NCBI GenBank assembly: GCA_001655205.1
Contig: LPNZ01007893.1
Location: 1 to 39,558, forward strand
Reading direction: 5' to 3'
From: Lenisia limosa
Lineage: Eukaryota > Protista > Breviatea
DNA length: 39,558 nucleotides
Shown: positions 22,503-34,193 of the stretch, piece after piece
How positions within the stretch are numbered: position 1 is the first letter of the stretch
How the letters are laid out: each line of letters opens with the position of its first letter
The notes under the pieces: generated by a model
Seen by the model: the letters and a program-made list of their open reading frames with translations, nothing else
The model's database searches: none
Told to the model about the DNA's origin: nothing
Position numbers and translations under genes: made by a program

Positions 22503-24687
22503 TTAACGTCTTGAATAGGCATGTACTATATTATCATCAGGTTCATAATGGATTTGACAACATGACTGATACAACAATTCAGTAACCAACCGTCTGTGTT
22601 TTTGCGGACGGGATTCAAATGAAAAGAGATCAGCCAGACCGGAAATCTGAAATTTTAATTTGGTCAAGTTGGACAGATAGCAGAAGTACGCCATCAAACA
22701 CAACTCAATCATTTGCCACCTGCACGTAGCTTGATGTCAATAAGAGTAAACCATTAGAATGCCAAAAACCTACCTGGGGAGAAGAGTCTGCAACTCTGGG
22801 TGGGGCCTTCTGAATTAATTATCAAACAACCTTTGTGGCTATTATTCAGTTATGAATTTGAATCAACCAAATGCAATTCTAATTTCACTATGAGGTAGAT
22901 AAGACCAAAAACATTAAAAAATTACAGGCGTTCTCTAAATGGAGACTGCTGTGTCGCAAATAGGTCTCCCATAAAACACAAACACCCAATACCCACAGCA
23001 GTTGAGAAAGAAGAACCCTTCAAAACATCGGAAATGACATCTGCTGCCGAGACCCGAGAGGCGTCCAAGGCCTTGCATATGGGCCCATTCTGCGTGCACG
23101 GTTATGTCTTGGTATGGCGGGAAAACAATTCCACAAAAAGGTGTTTTAAGGACTAAAAGGCCTCATGATAATATACTCCTTAATGTGGGTTGGTTGGTAC
23201 TCTTACCAACATACTACTCATAAACGTTAGAATAAATACAGGTATATGTAAAAGTCAGGGCAGGGCTAAAACAGAAGTATTATATCATAGGATATAGCAA
23301 AAAAATTATGTCTACCAAAAAGCCCTCAGAATAGTGAGATAATGCTGCTACTTAGACCACCTACACTTGGCTTATTTTTGACGTTTTTTGTGATAACAAT
23401 TGAAGTGGAATCCGCGATGACCGAGGTTGGAACTGAGCCTGCAAAATTAGGAATACACACGCATCCTCCATTATTTCGCCAATAGAAGTACGATGGTTGG
23501 TTGACTTGTTCAAACCTTCCAATCGTGATTTTGGGACAGCCGGGGCTGGCGCCTTGAAGGCCGTAGTGTGATTGAGATTGGCAAAGTTAAGCTCTGAAGG
23601 TACGGCAATTTCAATTCCTTGCTCATCAGGTGGTGGCCTAGATGGGGTGACCAAGGATTTAGTGCAGTATGAAAAGGAAATTCACAAAACAATCATTTGA
23701 CAGAATAACAGAGGGAAAGAGTGTTAAAGGTACGTGACATCTGGATTACTTTGGTACAAAAGTATCCAAAGCAGTGTCAATATTATTTCCCCAATACCCA
23801 CACAACAAAGGCAGGGTGACCTGAAGTCGGCTGCATGGAGCATGATATGCACAAGGTTTCATTAGCTTAGGTGTGAGAACATGATGCTATAAGAGAGAGG
23901 CAAATTGAATGATGAGAAAAAGTTTATCTAACTTCAAGATAGATTATCTAGCAATCTCCAAACCTGGGGACTCTTCCAGAAGGTATCTTCGTGCTTTTGG
24001 AAGCCGGGCGCCCCCAAATTCACTTAGGTTAACCTAGGCTGTAAGTTTGTCAACATTATTACATATCATCCACATAACAAAGTTGCGGCATGCTATTGTC
24101 ATTAATTCCAAGAAGCCCCATGAGCAGGGTGGGATAGTTTCCTTTTCAGCCAACACAACTAACCTGTACAAAGCCCAGCCGTCTGTGTGAGTTCTTCACC
24201 TCCTATGAAGTGATGTCGTGATCTTCACAATCTTGGACTAACATTGGTCTAATATTTCAAATATTCGAATTTGTAAACGTTTAGATTCTTTAGTACCTGA
24301 TTACACCCACCCCCTACCTCCCTGACACTCAGTCTGATCACTAGCGGAGCTAGGACCCCGGACTTCTCCACCTGGATGTCGACAGGAAACACGAAGCTTT
24401 CATCCCAGCTTGTGCCATGTGCTGGTGGGTGGTGAGAGTAGTCAAAACCATCGCGTATCATGAGGCGTGGAGCCCGATTATCGGAAAAGTCTACCCCATT
24501 TTAGATAAAGTTAGCAATATTAACCTTGCTTACCGATGAGCGCAAGATGCCTAGTTGTTCCATTTCTTTTGGCCTGTTTCACCAATTTCCATTTAACGAA
24601 TGCCACGACTCTTTCCCGTGGAACATTTGTTAAATTGTGTATAGTAAACTTAACTTCAAAGCGAATGTACACTTTCTTGTTAAACAT
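22503..24687 (-). CDS. NT-C2 domain protein (EEIG1/FAM102-like)
   Basis: MFNKKVYIRFEVKFTIHNLTNVPRERVVAFVKWKL..GTTRHLALI|AHGTSWDESFVFPV..LVIRLSVRE|EVKNSHRRLGFVQ|VNLSEFGG..RRYLLEESP|ANETLCISCSMQPTSGHPAF follows the NT-C2 pattern. Low-complexity C-terminal exons follow; 3' end approximate. Confidence 0.75.
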
Positions 24688-25081
24688 CTTCACGTAAATT
24701 TATTGCGATTCTACCGCCATCTCTTCATTGTTTTCATTGTTATATCATATCAGTATATCACTATTATATATTATTATTTATTTTTTTTTCATTTTCCAAG
24801 GTCTGCGACCGTGGTCTTTGCCCTTGCGCCCTTNNNNNNNNNNNNNNNNNNNNNNNNNNNNNNNNNNNNNNNNNNNNNNNNNNNNNNNNNNNNNNNNNNN
24901 NNNNNNNNNNNNNNNNNNNNNNNNNNNNNNNNAAAAAACCAAAAAACAAAAGGCAGAAGACATATCTCAGGCCCACTTTCAGCTGTCGTATCACTCCGTC
25001 CACCTCCACTGAAAAGGAAGAGTTTGGAGTGAAAAAACAAGAGAATAAGGACAAGGCTATATAGTTCAACAAGGGAGAGTT

Positions 25082-28000
25082 ATGGAAAGGCAAGGAAGGG
25101 AGACCCCCCCTCTTCAGTCTGTTCCCAGTGATCACTCAGAGGTTTTGACGCCACTTTTCTTTATATTTTGTAGGAAACGCTCGGTTCATCATGGGACAAA
25201 ATTCCTACCCCGCCACCTGAAGAAACTTTCCCTTGTAAGCCGGGAGAAACTAGTAGTATTGAAGGATACGCAAAATATGATAACTGATATGGAGAAGTAC
25301 TCTATCATCCAAAATCTCTAATAAGGTAGAGATGTCTGGCTTCAGCCAAAGATATGGCGCATACAATATTTTTGCCAAATAAGTGATATTAGCCGTTTTC
25401 TTTTCAGACACCATTAAACCTAAATATAGGATAAACTATGCAGTACTATTTTCTCAATTGATAATATGGCAATCCAGTGTCTTTTATGATTGGTATTTGC
25501 CTTTCTTATATTCTGCTTTGTATTGCAGTATATTTCCCTCTTAATGGCGTTTAGCGGTCCAGTCATTGGAAATTCCTTTTGCGAACCAAGCCTTCCGACG
25601 AGACGATGCGGTTTTTGACGCAAGCCCGGTCCTGACAGGCGACTATGTCATGGTCCAGCGCCATGCCCCTGAGGACTTCCGCTCCCCGGCTCAGAAACAC
25701 GATGATCCGCGTGGGAGGGGTGATTCTCTATTTCGCGTACTTTGGAACTATATGGTAATAAAGCGTTTACATACTTGGAAAAAGGTAACCCAAACAGCTT
25801 CCTGATACGGATGAATACATTGGTTTTTCTTTTTCAGATTAATTAGAAATATCAAACTCTTTTAATTATGAGGGGTGATATATTATAAGTGAAAGAAGAA
25901 AGTAGCCCTATGAAGATACTCGAAATTTCAATAAATGCCAACAAATGGTTGTACTAGTTGTGTGGTGCCTCTGAATGTCGGCTGTTATTCGAAACCATTT
26001 ATCAACCTTATGTTTTGATAAACGTAATCCACACAGCTTCAGAGAGTCGTGGGCTCTTAGATCCGATCTCCCCCGAAGTCCAGAACAGGATATCGGAGTC
26101 ATCCAATACAGGCATTGTGAACCTCACGCGGCTGGGGTTGCAGAAGCTGCCTTCTGAGCTAGGTGTGTGGGTGGTCCTCAGTATTTTTTAAATCATCAAC
26201 TGCTTGTGATTTCAAGAATAATCCTGTTCAGAAGGAATGTGTCGGCTTCACACTGTTCAAGCTTCGGTCAACTGCCTCATTGGTTTGAGAATTATTCTCG
26301 TTATTCTTTAGATATTTCCGTTAACTTTGAGTTTCTTCCCTTTTTGGAAATTGTTGACCTGAGTGTCAATTCATTAACAAGCCTACCTACATCAATGGTA
26401 TTATCTTTTCCTTGTGCTAACAGTATAGCTTTCTTTGAAGTTACTAAGAGAGTTGTATCTTTCAAATAACAGACTTGTTGATCTTAACTATGACTTTTCG
26501 TCACTCCTCTCATTACAAGTACGAGTCTACTCATCTCTTATACTGTTTAGGTTTTAGATATTTCAAATAACCGTCTAACTACATTACCCACGTCAATTTG
26601 CCAGTTGTCGTCGTTGCGAACCTTGATGGTGATTAACAATTCAATATCTGTCCTTCCATTGGAGGTGGGCTTCTTTTGTTAGTTTTGAAAATGAATGATA
26701 TTCTTCAAATGACATCTTCTCTCAACACATGATGTTTGTGTAACTTTTTAGATTGGCCTTCTTCCTAAGCTGCAAACTCTGGACTTGTCACATAACACCC
26801 TGACAGCCCTGCCTGATTTGGGATCTTCACTCACCTCGTTGAATGGTTTGATTTTCACCAGGTATTTATCTTCTAGTGTCAAATAATTCGCTTCGTGAAT
26901 TACCCCTTTCCCTCAATAATCTCTCCCTCCTCCACATATTAGATGCGTCCGCCAACCATTTATCTGGTTTGTGTTTTNNNNNNNNNNNNNNNNNNNNNNN
27001 NNNNNNNNNNNNNNNNNNNNNNNNNNNNNNNNNNNNNNCTTCCGCTTCTTTTAGTTTTGAGCACTGTCCGACTGGGATCGAACTGGATCCATGAACTCCC
27101 TTCTAATTTTGCTGAAGGATGGACCGCGCTCACGGATTTGGACTTAGCGTTTGCTATCGTCTTTCTGTAACCCTTTTTAGCGGAAACAACTTAACTGACA
27201 TTCCGGAGTCCATTGCCGACCATTGCCCTGTTATTAAGTATGAAGAATCTCTCGGAAGGCATGTTTGAATAATTATTTAACCAGTGTACTTGTGTTATAT
27301 TCAGAATATCGCTATGGAACCAACAGAGTGATTAACTGCAAACACCTTCACAATTATAGACGTCTCAATGTTTCGTATAATCGTTTGACTGTATTACCTG
27401 ACAAAATCACAGACCTTCGATCACTGAGGTATGTGTATGACTGTTATCGTTGTTTTTTATTCATGACAGTTACATTTAGGAACAAAAAGACAAATTCTCA
27501 AAATAAACTATTAGGACGTTAGTAGATACGGGTAATCCGCTGACGAGTAGATGGAGGGGGTCCAGACTGGCAAGACGCGCCACATTAGTAATTCGGTTCG
27601 CACTTGTTGGACTTTTATGACAGATTTCGTATCATTATACCTTATCTGATATTATTACTATCAACGAGCAACATTGTTTTTCTTATTTCCAAGAAAGCTC
27701 CATGAGAACTTCTTGGCTCCCCCCCGTGATGGGTCAGATGATGAAGCACCCCTTGAACCCGCACCTCCACGTGGGTAATCTGTTGTGTTGTTTACAAAAG
27801 AAACCTGATCTTGGATCAAGTAGACTATGGTCCATTTTCACCCACTCTCTCTTGCTTGTTACTTAATTTGACCCGGACAGGAAGAAGGCGAAGCAGTCGC
27901 AGAAGAAGGGACACTTCCTTGGATACACTGCGGCAATACCAGATCGAGCTTGAGGACGAACGAGTGGGTTCAATTCCGCCGTTGAGAACAATAAGAATGA

Positions 28001-28485
28001 TACTTGTGTTCCCCCCCTGAATCATTTATTTCTATATTGATATTTGAAAGTTGAAACGCTTTTTGGGCTTCACATTTCTCAATCACCCAATAGGAACAGG
28101 ACAATGAATTAGCTGTGGTTGAGTCTCCAACCACTGGGGGGTTCCTGTCAACATTATCAGGACCAGTCTTTTCAGCTCTTCATTGGCTCTGGGCTTCATG
28201 TCATTGGCAAACCGTGGGGGGGAGGTGTAATTTGTGTGATTTTGAGTTAACATGATTACTATTCGTTTCCAAAATGTAACTGGTCCAGATTACTCATGCT
28301 CCACAAAACGCCATTGTGGGTATTCAAAACGTTAAAGTGGGTGAGGTGAAACCATGTATCATATGATATGCTGGTGTTTTATAGAGATGAGAAATAAGAA
28401 ATAATTGAAGCATTCTTTACTATTGGTCTCTCATCGATCCAGACGTCCTTTCAAACATTCGGCCACCAAACACTCTCGCTATTAA
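25082..28485 (+). CDS. Leucine-rich-repeat protein (about 11-12 LxxLxLxxNxL repeats)
   Basis: Examples: LEIVDLSVNSLTSLPTSM, LRELYLSNNRL, LQVLDISNNRLTTLPTSI, LQTLDLSHNTLTALPD, LNVSNNSLRELP, LTDLDLAGNNLTDIP, LNVSYNRLTVLPDKI. In-phase chain from ATG 25082. The C-terminal exons and the stop codon are uncertain. Confidence 0.85.
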
Positions 28486-28659
28486 CAAGTGCCTTAGACG
28501 AAGCTCTTGACAGAGCTGGGACTTACAGTATTGTCTACCTTTGGAGAAATTTCTAATGTTAAAATCTACTTACCCTTATTTTAATGTACTTTTATCCAAT
28601 ATTCAGAGATGTATTGACCCTTTACTATACCTGCCACAGTCTCTTACCATACCCAACAA

Positions 28660-30054
28660 CTAGTCGGTCCAGTACTTCGCATCTGAAAGAAAAGGCGCCA
28701 GAGCAAAAATAACACTGATGGTATTACTTTATGAAGAAAAATCAGAGAGAATCTAAGAAGAAGAGTCAGCTCACCCATGTGTATAGCATTCCTTCCTTCC
28801 AAGACATCCGTTGGTCACAATTCCCATCGCTCCTGAAACGTAAATAATGCTCCAGAACCATCAAAAATGCCTGTCCATGCTCACCAAGTCCCGAGCGGAT
28901 ATCTGTTTCACCCGTCATTTCATCCATTACCTAGACAGTGAGGTGCATTACTTCTAGACCAATTGCAAAAATTTCTTCCTGATTAACTTGAAACTCTTGC
29001 AAGGTCTAGTCCAAAGTAATCTTACCTCCGCCAATTCCTTCCCAGTCATCAACTCATCAACGATTTTTTGAGACAGTTGGAATCTAGAGAGGCGTTATGC
29101 CTTGGGGCTTCCCTTAGGTACCAAAATGATTGAAATTGTCAATATATACTATCCTAGACCTATTTCCAACTCACCTTGCTGATGAACCAAAACCCAGGGT
29201 ACCCTACATCGATTAGCCTGGTCGGAGGGAAATAGTTGATAATAATTATTCATTATAATTCTTGATAATTTTCAAGGCCAACCTCTCTGGAGAGTACCAC
29301 TATCCAGCCGCTTTCAAACCACTTTGAGCCAATTTTATGGATACCTCCTTCCATACCCACTCCTGGATCATTATGGAGTTGGTCCAACAGATTACGAATG
29401 GTTTAACTCTAAAAACGATGTACTGAATTGGAAAATAAAACAAAACAGAAAGAAGTTTGTTTACTGTTAACCATCTCACAGTTATAACTATGAAACAAAC
29501 AAAAAAAAACAGTTTACAACATAAAAATGCATACCAAAGGAGGCAGAAGGGGTGGCCTGGAGAGCCAATCTTGCTCTTGTCTCAGCACCCTTGAGACAAG
29601 CTTCGTCCGACATTGGCTGTGCTGCGACCCCGCTGTCCACAGTGACTCCTTGTAAGAATTACTCTCTGGAGGCGAAATTTCTAGGCTTCCTGCTGCAAAA
29701 TGTTCTACCAGTCCATCCATCTTATTTTTTTAATTCACTATTTGGTTGAAAAAGCCACATATCTTGGGACCTTACATGGTAAAGGAAGCAAAACCAGGAT
29801 ATTCAAGGGCTAAATCTGTCCCAATCTCAAACCCAACCTGTCACAGAGTAGTCCATCTTTTGGAGAGAGCCAGAAGCGATGAGCTTCTCCAGCGCATCGC
29901 AAAGAGAGCCTAATTTCGCCTTATTCTGGATAGTAATCTCGGCCGGAAATAAAGATAGCGCAATGGGGTAATAGTATACCAGCCAAAATTACGATAAGAG
30001 CTGAATATTAAAACCCACTTTGGAGCCGACAGCAAACTCCACTTTGCCTGTCAT
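28660..30054 (-). CDS. yjjX: YjjX/DUF84-type inosine/xanthosine triphosphatase (non-canonical purine NTP phosphatase); 8 introns
   Basis: MTGKVEFAVGSK|NKAKLGSLCDALEKL..SVT|GVTVDSGVAAQPMSDEACLKGAETRARLALQATPSASF|GVGMEGGIHKIGSKWFESGWIVVLSRE|GTLGFGSSAR|FQLSQKIVDELMTGKELAE|VMDEMTGETDIRSGL|GAMGIVTNGCLGRKECYTHG|VIFALAPFLSDAKYWTD*. All characteristic YjjX blocks occur in order. An alternative ATG lies at 30081. Confidence 0.85.
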
Positions 30055-30488
30055 TGAACTTAGAAGAGTGGTGACAGTCATGGTGATAAAGGGGGTCTTT
30101 CGACTAATCCCTTTCTTCTCTTCTTTCTTCTTCCTGTTCTGTTGTCGGTGTGTTGTTTGTCGTCAAAAAAACTCCAAGGAGAGAAGGAGAGTGGCCAAGC
30201 TGGGCCAACACCACTGAAGAAGAATGTAACAAATGTAAGAAAAATGTAACAATAGATGGTCACTAAGGAAGTAACTAATGCTACAAATGTAATAGATGAC
30301 GATAAGTGGTTTTTTGGAAATCCTTGCCTTTCCCTTCTCTTAGCTATTTATACATCTTTTTTTATTTTTTATTGTGCAGCACCATTGATTGAGACGCTGT
30401 ATATACTTGGAAACTAATAGAGCTTTTCCGACATCTTTCTCTCTCTCTCTGTAGGCTCGATTTTCTTAGTATTTTTTGGGCCACTCAC

Positions 30489-30560
30489 GCCATTATCAGC
30501 CTTGTTCATACCAGCACCCTTCCCAATGAGATACTTCATGATATGCATTCCTTCATTTAC
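30489..30560 (-). pseudogene. Isolated ankyrin-repeat-like fragment
   Basis: NEGMHIMKYLIGKGAGMNKADNG followed by a gtgagt donor resembles the ankyrin consensus (..GH.DIVKYLI..GA.VN..D..G). No coherent flanking exons were found. Confidence 0.3.
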
Positions 30561-30906
30561 CCCCGCCCCCTCTAGCCAGCATTCCTACCAAGAACCCTAA
30601 AGCGTCTTTTGACAGAATCAAGTGCTATTGGGGAGACGACCCAGCTTTCTTTTTGGCCTCACCGTAGATGGACTCTTCAGTTTAATTATTAGAGTGGGGA
30701 GGGGGGAATGTAGCACAATGAGACAAGTAGTAAGTGTGTATCTGTGTAAGCAGGGGATTATTTCCCCCCGCTTATAACTTTTCATTGTCTGGGACTACAT
30801 AAAGGACAAATCAAAGGTGGTAACAAAATTAAGCACCCATACACCCAGTTACACACGTGCATAAAAGGTGCAGCATATTTTTTTTATGTTTCCCCTCAGG
30901 CAGGAA

Positions 30907-32514
30907 ATGGAAGAGAGCAACGATATTCCAAGTTCGACCCTCACGGTCCCTCTTCTTCACCAAGAAGTTCAGCAACCTCGATTGGAGGTGGGGTTCTTGT
31001 TTAAGGATTTTGATGATGTTGATGATGAAAACAGCACATGTTAAGCAGTGTACCTCTTTGGGGCAACTTATTGATGGAACTGAGCTAATCAATTTCAGAA
31101 CATCAAATCTCTGACCTATCGCTTCAATGGCAAGTTTACTCTCTTCCCAATTATTTTGCTCACAATGAGTTTCTGTGGGCTGGAGGGTCATTGTTGTTTT
31201 TTTGTTTAAAGAATTTGTGTTCAGATTAACTGGATATTGAGTATAATTTCCCTGATATAACACTATTATCCACACACTCTTCTTATCTATTGAATCTGAT
31301 CCCCCAGGTTCCGGTATTTTGATCAGTAGAGGATCATTGGGGTACACGGAGGGCTATTTCAAAAGTGATGAGGTTTACTACGGCATTGCAGGTAAGTGAA
31401 GTGAGACTATTCTAATACAATACCACTACCGATGCGGTTCTGCAAAAGCGACTGGCCTGGGCTTTGTTTTGTTGCTATCAACCCTTGTGTGTTGTCAGCC
31501 AACAGAGTTGATTTGGGTTTGTTTCATAAATTGTCCANNNNNNNNNNATGACCGTATAAGTCGGGTATTTTTTAACATTTCCCTTACTTTTTAACGCCTT
31601 ACAGGTACGTTTGGGTGATCGAGCGGTGGTGGGACTCTTCAAAGGCTGGCTCGGGCTTGTTTTTGTTTTTGTGTTTTGGTCATCTGGCTTTTGTCTAGTT
31701 TAAGCGTTGGTTACTCATGTTTGTTATTGCTTGTTTTTTGTTTTATTGTTTATTTGGAGGAGTTTCAGATTAGTCGGTTCGTGATTAGTACCTTTACGCT
31801 AATATTCATCGAAATTTCCTTTTTTTTACCCCCCCCCCCCNNNNNNNNNNNNNNNNNNNNNNNNNNNNNNNNNNNNNNNNNNNNNNNNNNNNNNNNNNNN
31901 NNNNNNNNNNNNNNNNNNNNNNNNNNNNNNNNNNNNNNNNNNNNNNNNNNNNNNNNNNNTGCGATCAACATCAAAATATCTCGACGAGTGATTATTATCA
32001 CAAAAAGCGGCCTCCTGAGATCGAGTGAATTGAGAGTAAGCGGATTTGGAAGTATTTGCGAGAGCAATAGTTTCGTGCACTAAGAGGAGAATATTCATAC
32101 AATGTGCTTAACCAGGTATATTCATTGCTCCTTCCGCACACTTTAAAGATTAGTGTAAAGGGTTAATGAGCCATTCATAATGCTAAGTTACACAGTGAGC
32201 TGACACAGGTTAATGCTTGGTCGTTGTCCCACAACATTTGATATTTCAGTTCGAAACTCGTTCTAGTGATGTGTTCTTCTACCGGTCACACCATCGAGAC
32301 AGTAAAGCATGGTGGGATGGGAATAACAATTGTTCACTATATCGATACGGTTGGTCTCGTTCTTTCCAATCTTCTAGTTCCTGTTGCTATTTGCATACCT
32401 TCACACAAATTACCCCTATTAAGGTTGCAACTTGTTGTCTGCGAAAATGACGTTTATTATCGTATCGCCTCTTGGAAGGGTTCGGTTGGCTGGGGTGATT
32501 TTGAGATATTCTGA
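30907..32514 (+). CDS. Putative multi-pass membrane protein
   Basis: Plus-strand T-rich introns and hydrophobic exons: GSGILISRGSLGYTEGYFKSDEVYYGIA|ATGLGFVLLLSTLVCC; LGDRAVVGLFKGWLGLVFVFVFWSSGFCL; ISRFVISTFTLIFIEISFF; GMGITIVHYIDTVGLVLSNLLVPVAICIP. Possibly transporter-like (inference). Model is broken by two gaps. Confidence 0.35.
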
Positions 32515-32684
32515 TAATTCTTGAAGAACTCTTGATAAATAAAAATTTGGGGCTGTATAGATTATGAAGTTGGGTGTATACAATGGTGAAGGTTAAATTT
32601 CACACTTTCATTCTTCGCAAAAAATAGCTGGTGTTTTTTTTTGGTAGAGTAGTATATTATTCAAGGATTTTATTGACTCTTTAG

Positions 32685-33889
32685 GGAATTCAAAAAAAAC
32701 GATTCTTCAAATTTTTCACGGTAAGCAAGGGATAGGAACTACTGAGAATGCTCTCATTGCATTGTATATATAACAATGATAGTATACTATTAATTCACCC
32801 AAACATTTGTCTTACAACTCTGTGCATACAGCTTTCTGCACGCCTCCCCAGCATACCTACAGAGATTCGAGAATAAGGACAATAGATAATAACACCAGTG
32901 CTTATTGCAATGTAGAATGTGGGAATGATTTAACTTTGAAACCCATCTAAACAGTCTTTTTGGGGGTCAAGTACACACCTAAGGTTACCATTTCAGGCAG
33001 TTTTTGACGAGGTGGGGCGTGCAAAAAACATTGAAAGAGATCCGAATGCGGACACTCAGTGGGGGGGGGGGGACTCTGNNNNNNNNNNNNNNNNNNNNNN
33101 NNNNNNNNNNNNNNNNNNNNNNNNNNNNNNNNNNNNNNNNNNNNNNNACTATATTTTGACTGTTTCAGTTTATTGAGTGCCGAAATTGTGGGTCGAACCG
33201 AAATTCAGTGGAAGCTTCCTTTTTCATCCAGGTTGGGGGTGAGGTTTGCCATTCAGCATGGATATTAGGTGATTCCTAACCAGCTAGATGGTATATATTT
33301 CCTGTTTTCNNNNNNNNNNACCTTAATTGCTGTGTTCGTCAAGGGATAGAGCCTTCGATTGATGGTAGGAGTTTCATTGTGTGTATTTTACTGAGTTGCT
33401 TTGGTAATACACATGATATATTTCCCTAGTACTCTGAGGTCTATTCATAATAGAATCATGTATCAAGAGTAATCTTGGATAGAACTACACCGTGAATACT
33501 TTCAAATCGGTTAACTTTTTAGAACAAGAAAACCTTCAGCTCATCAGACAGAGCCTGAGAGGTAAGCAGTTGTCTCGCTGCTTTATTTCTCATATCACCC
33601 TCATGCCTACTTTGAAATATACAAAAGGTTGTAGAAAAAGCCCACAACTTCATTTATTGAGTATTGGGAAAATGATTATGTTGTGCCTTGGACTTCACTT
33701 ACGCAATCAATAAAATCCTTGATATTGATATACCGGTCATTTTGGATCATCAAGAGGCCTCATGTTTCACCCGCCATAGTTGGAGTTCGATGTCTGACCG
33801 ATCTCACAAGTCGCGACCTTGACCTGTTTTTTGGCCATTTTTCTTACTCCAAACTACCGGGTGATCCTCCGGTGAAGACGCGGGCATAA
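32685..33889 (+). CDS. Hypothetical exons (separate small gene or continuation of the preceding one)
   Basis: GT-AG-bounded segments EFKKTILQIFH, CRNCGSNRNSVEASFFIQ, and an in-phase pair EQENLQLIRQSLR|VGVRCLTDLTSRDLDLFFGHFSYSKLPGDPPVKTRA*. Confidence 0.3.
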
Positions 33890-34193
33890 CTAATGATGTT
33901 TTAATGGCCAATATATTTTCAATTTTTTGTTGAATCAGTTTTCCTTGAGTGTATTATGGAGTGTGGGCAGTTTGTGGAAGGGTGGAAGGGCTAATTGGAA
34001 TCTGATTGGGACGGGGCCTTGACTGTGACTGGGGAAGGGAGGCTGATCCCGAAGGCTCCCTCGGGCTAGGGCAGACCAGCCCAGCCAAAAAGCTCAACTT
34101 TGGACCAGTGTTTATATTCCTTTATAAAGAGCCGAAAATTTTCATTTTGAGCCTGTTAGTGAGGATACTGCGGTGCTTTTATCAGATATCAAG

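Noticed and set aside
28150-28713. Degenerate dual-specificity phosphatase domain after the LRRs, and overlap of stop codons with yjjX
   Set aside because: It depends on out-of-phase exon joins. The in-phase chain ends at TAA 28483-28485, and there is no HCX5R motif.
30829-31347. 172-aa minus-strand ORF as a gene
   Set aside because: No recognisable motif. Polypyrimidine tracts and splice sites in this interval are on the plus strand. Not fully excluded.
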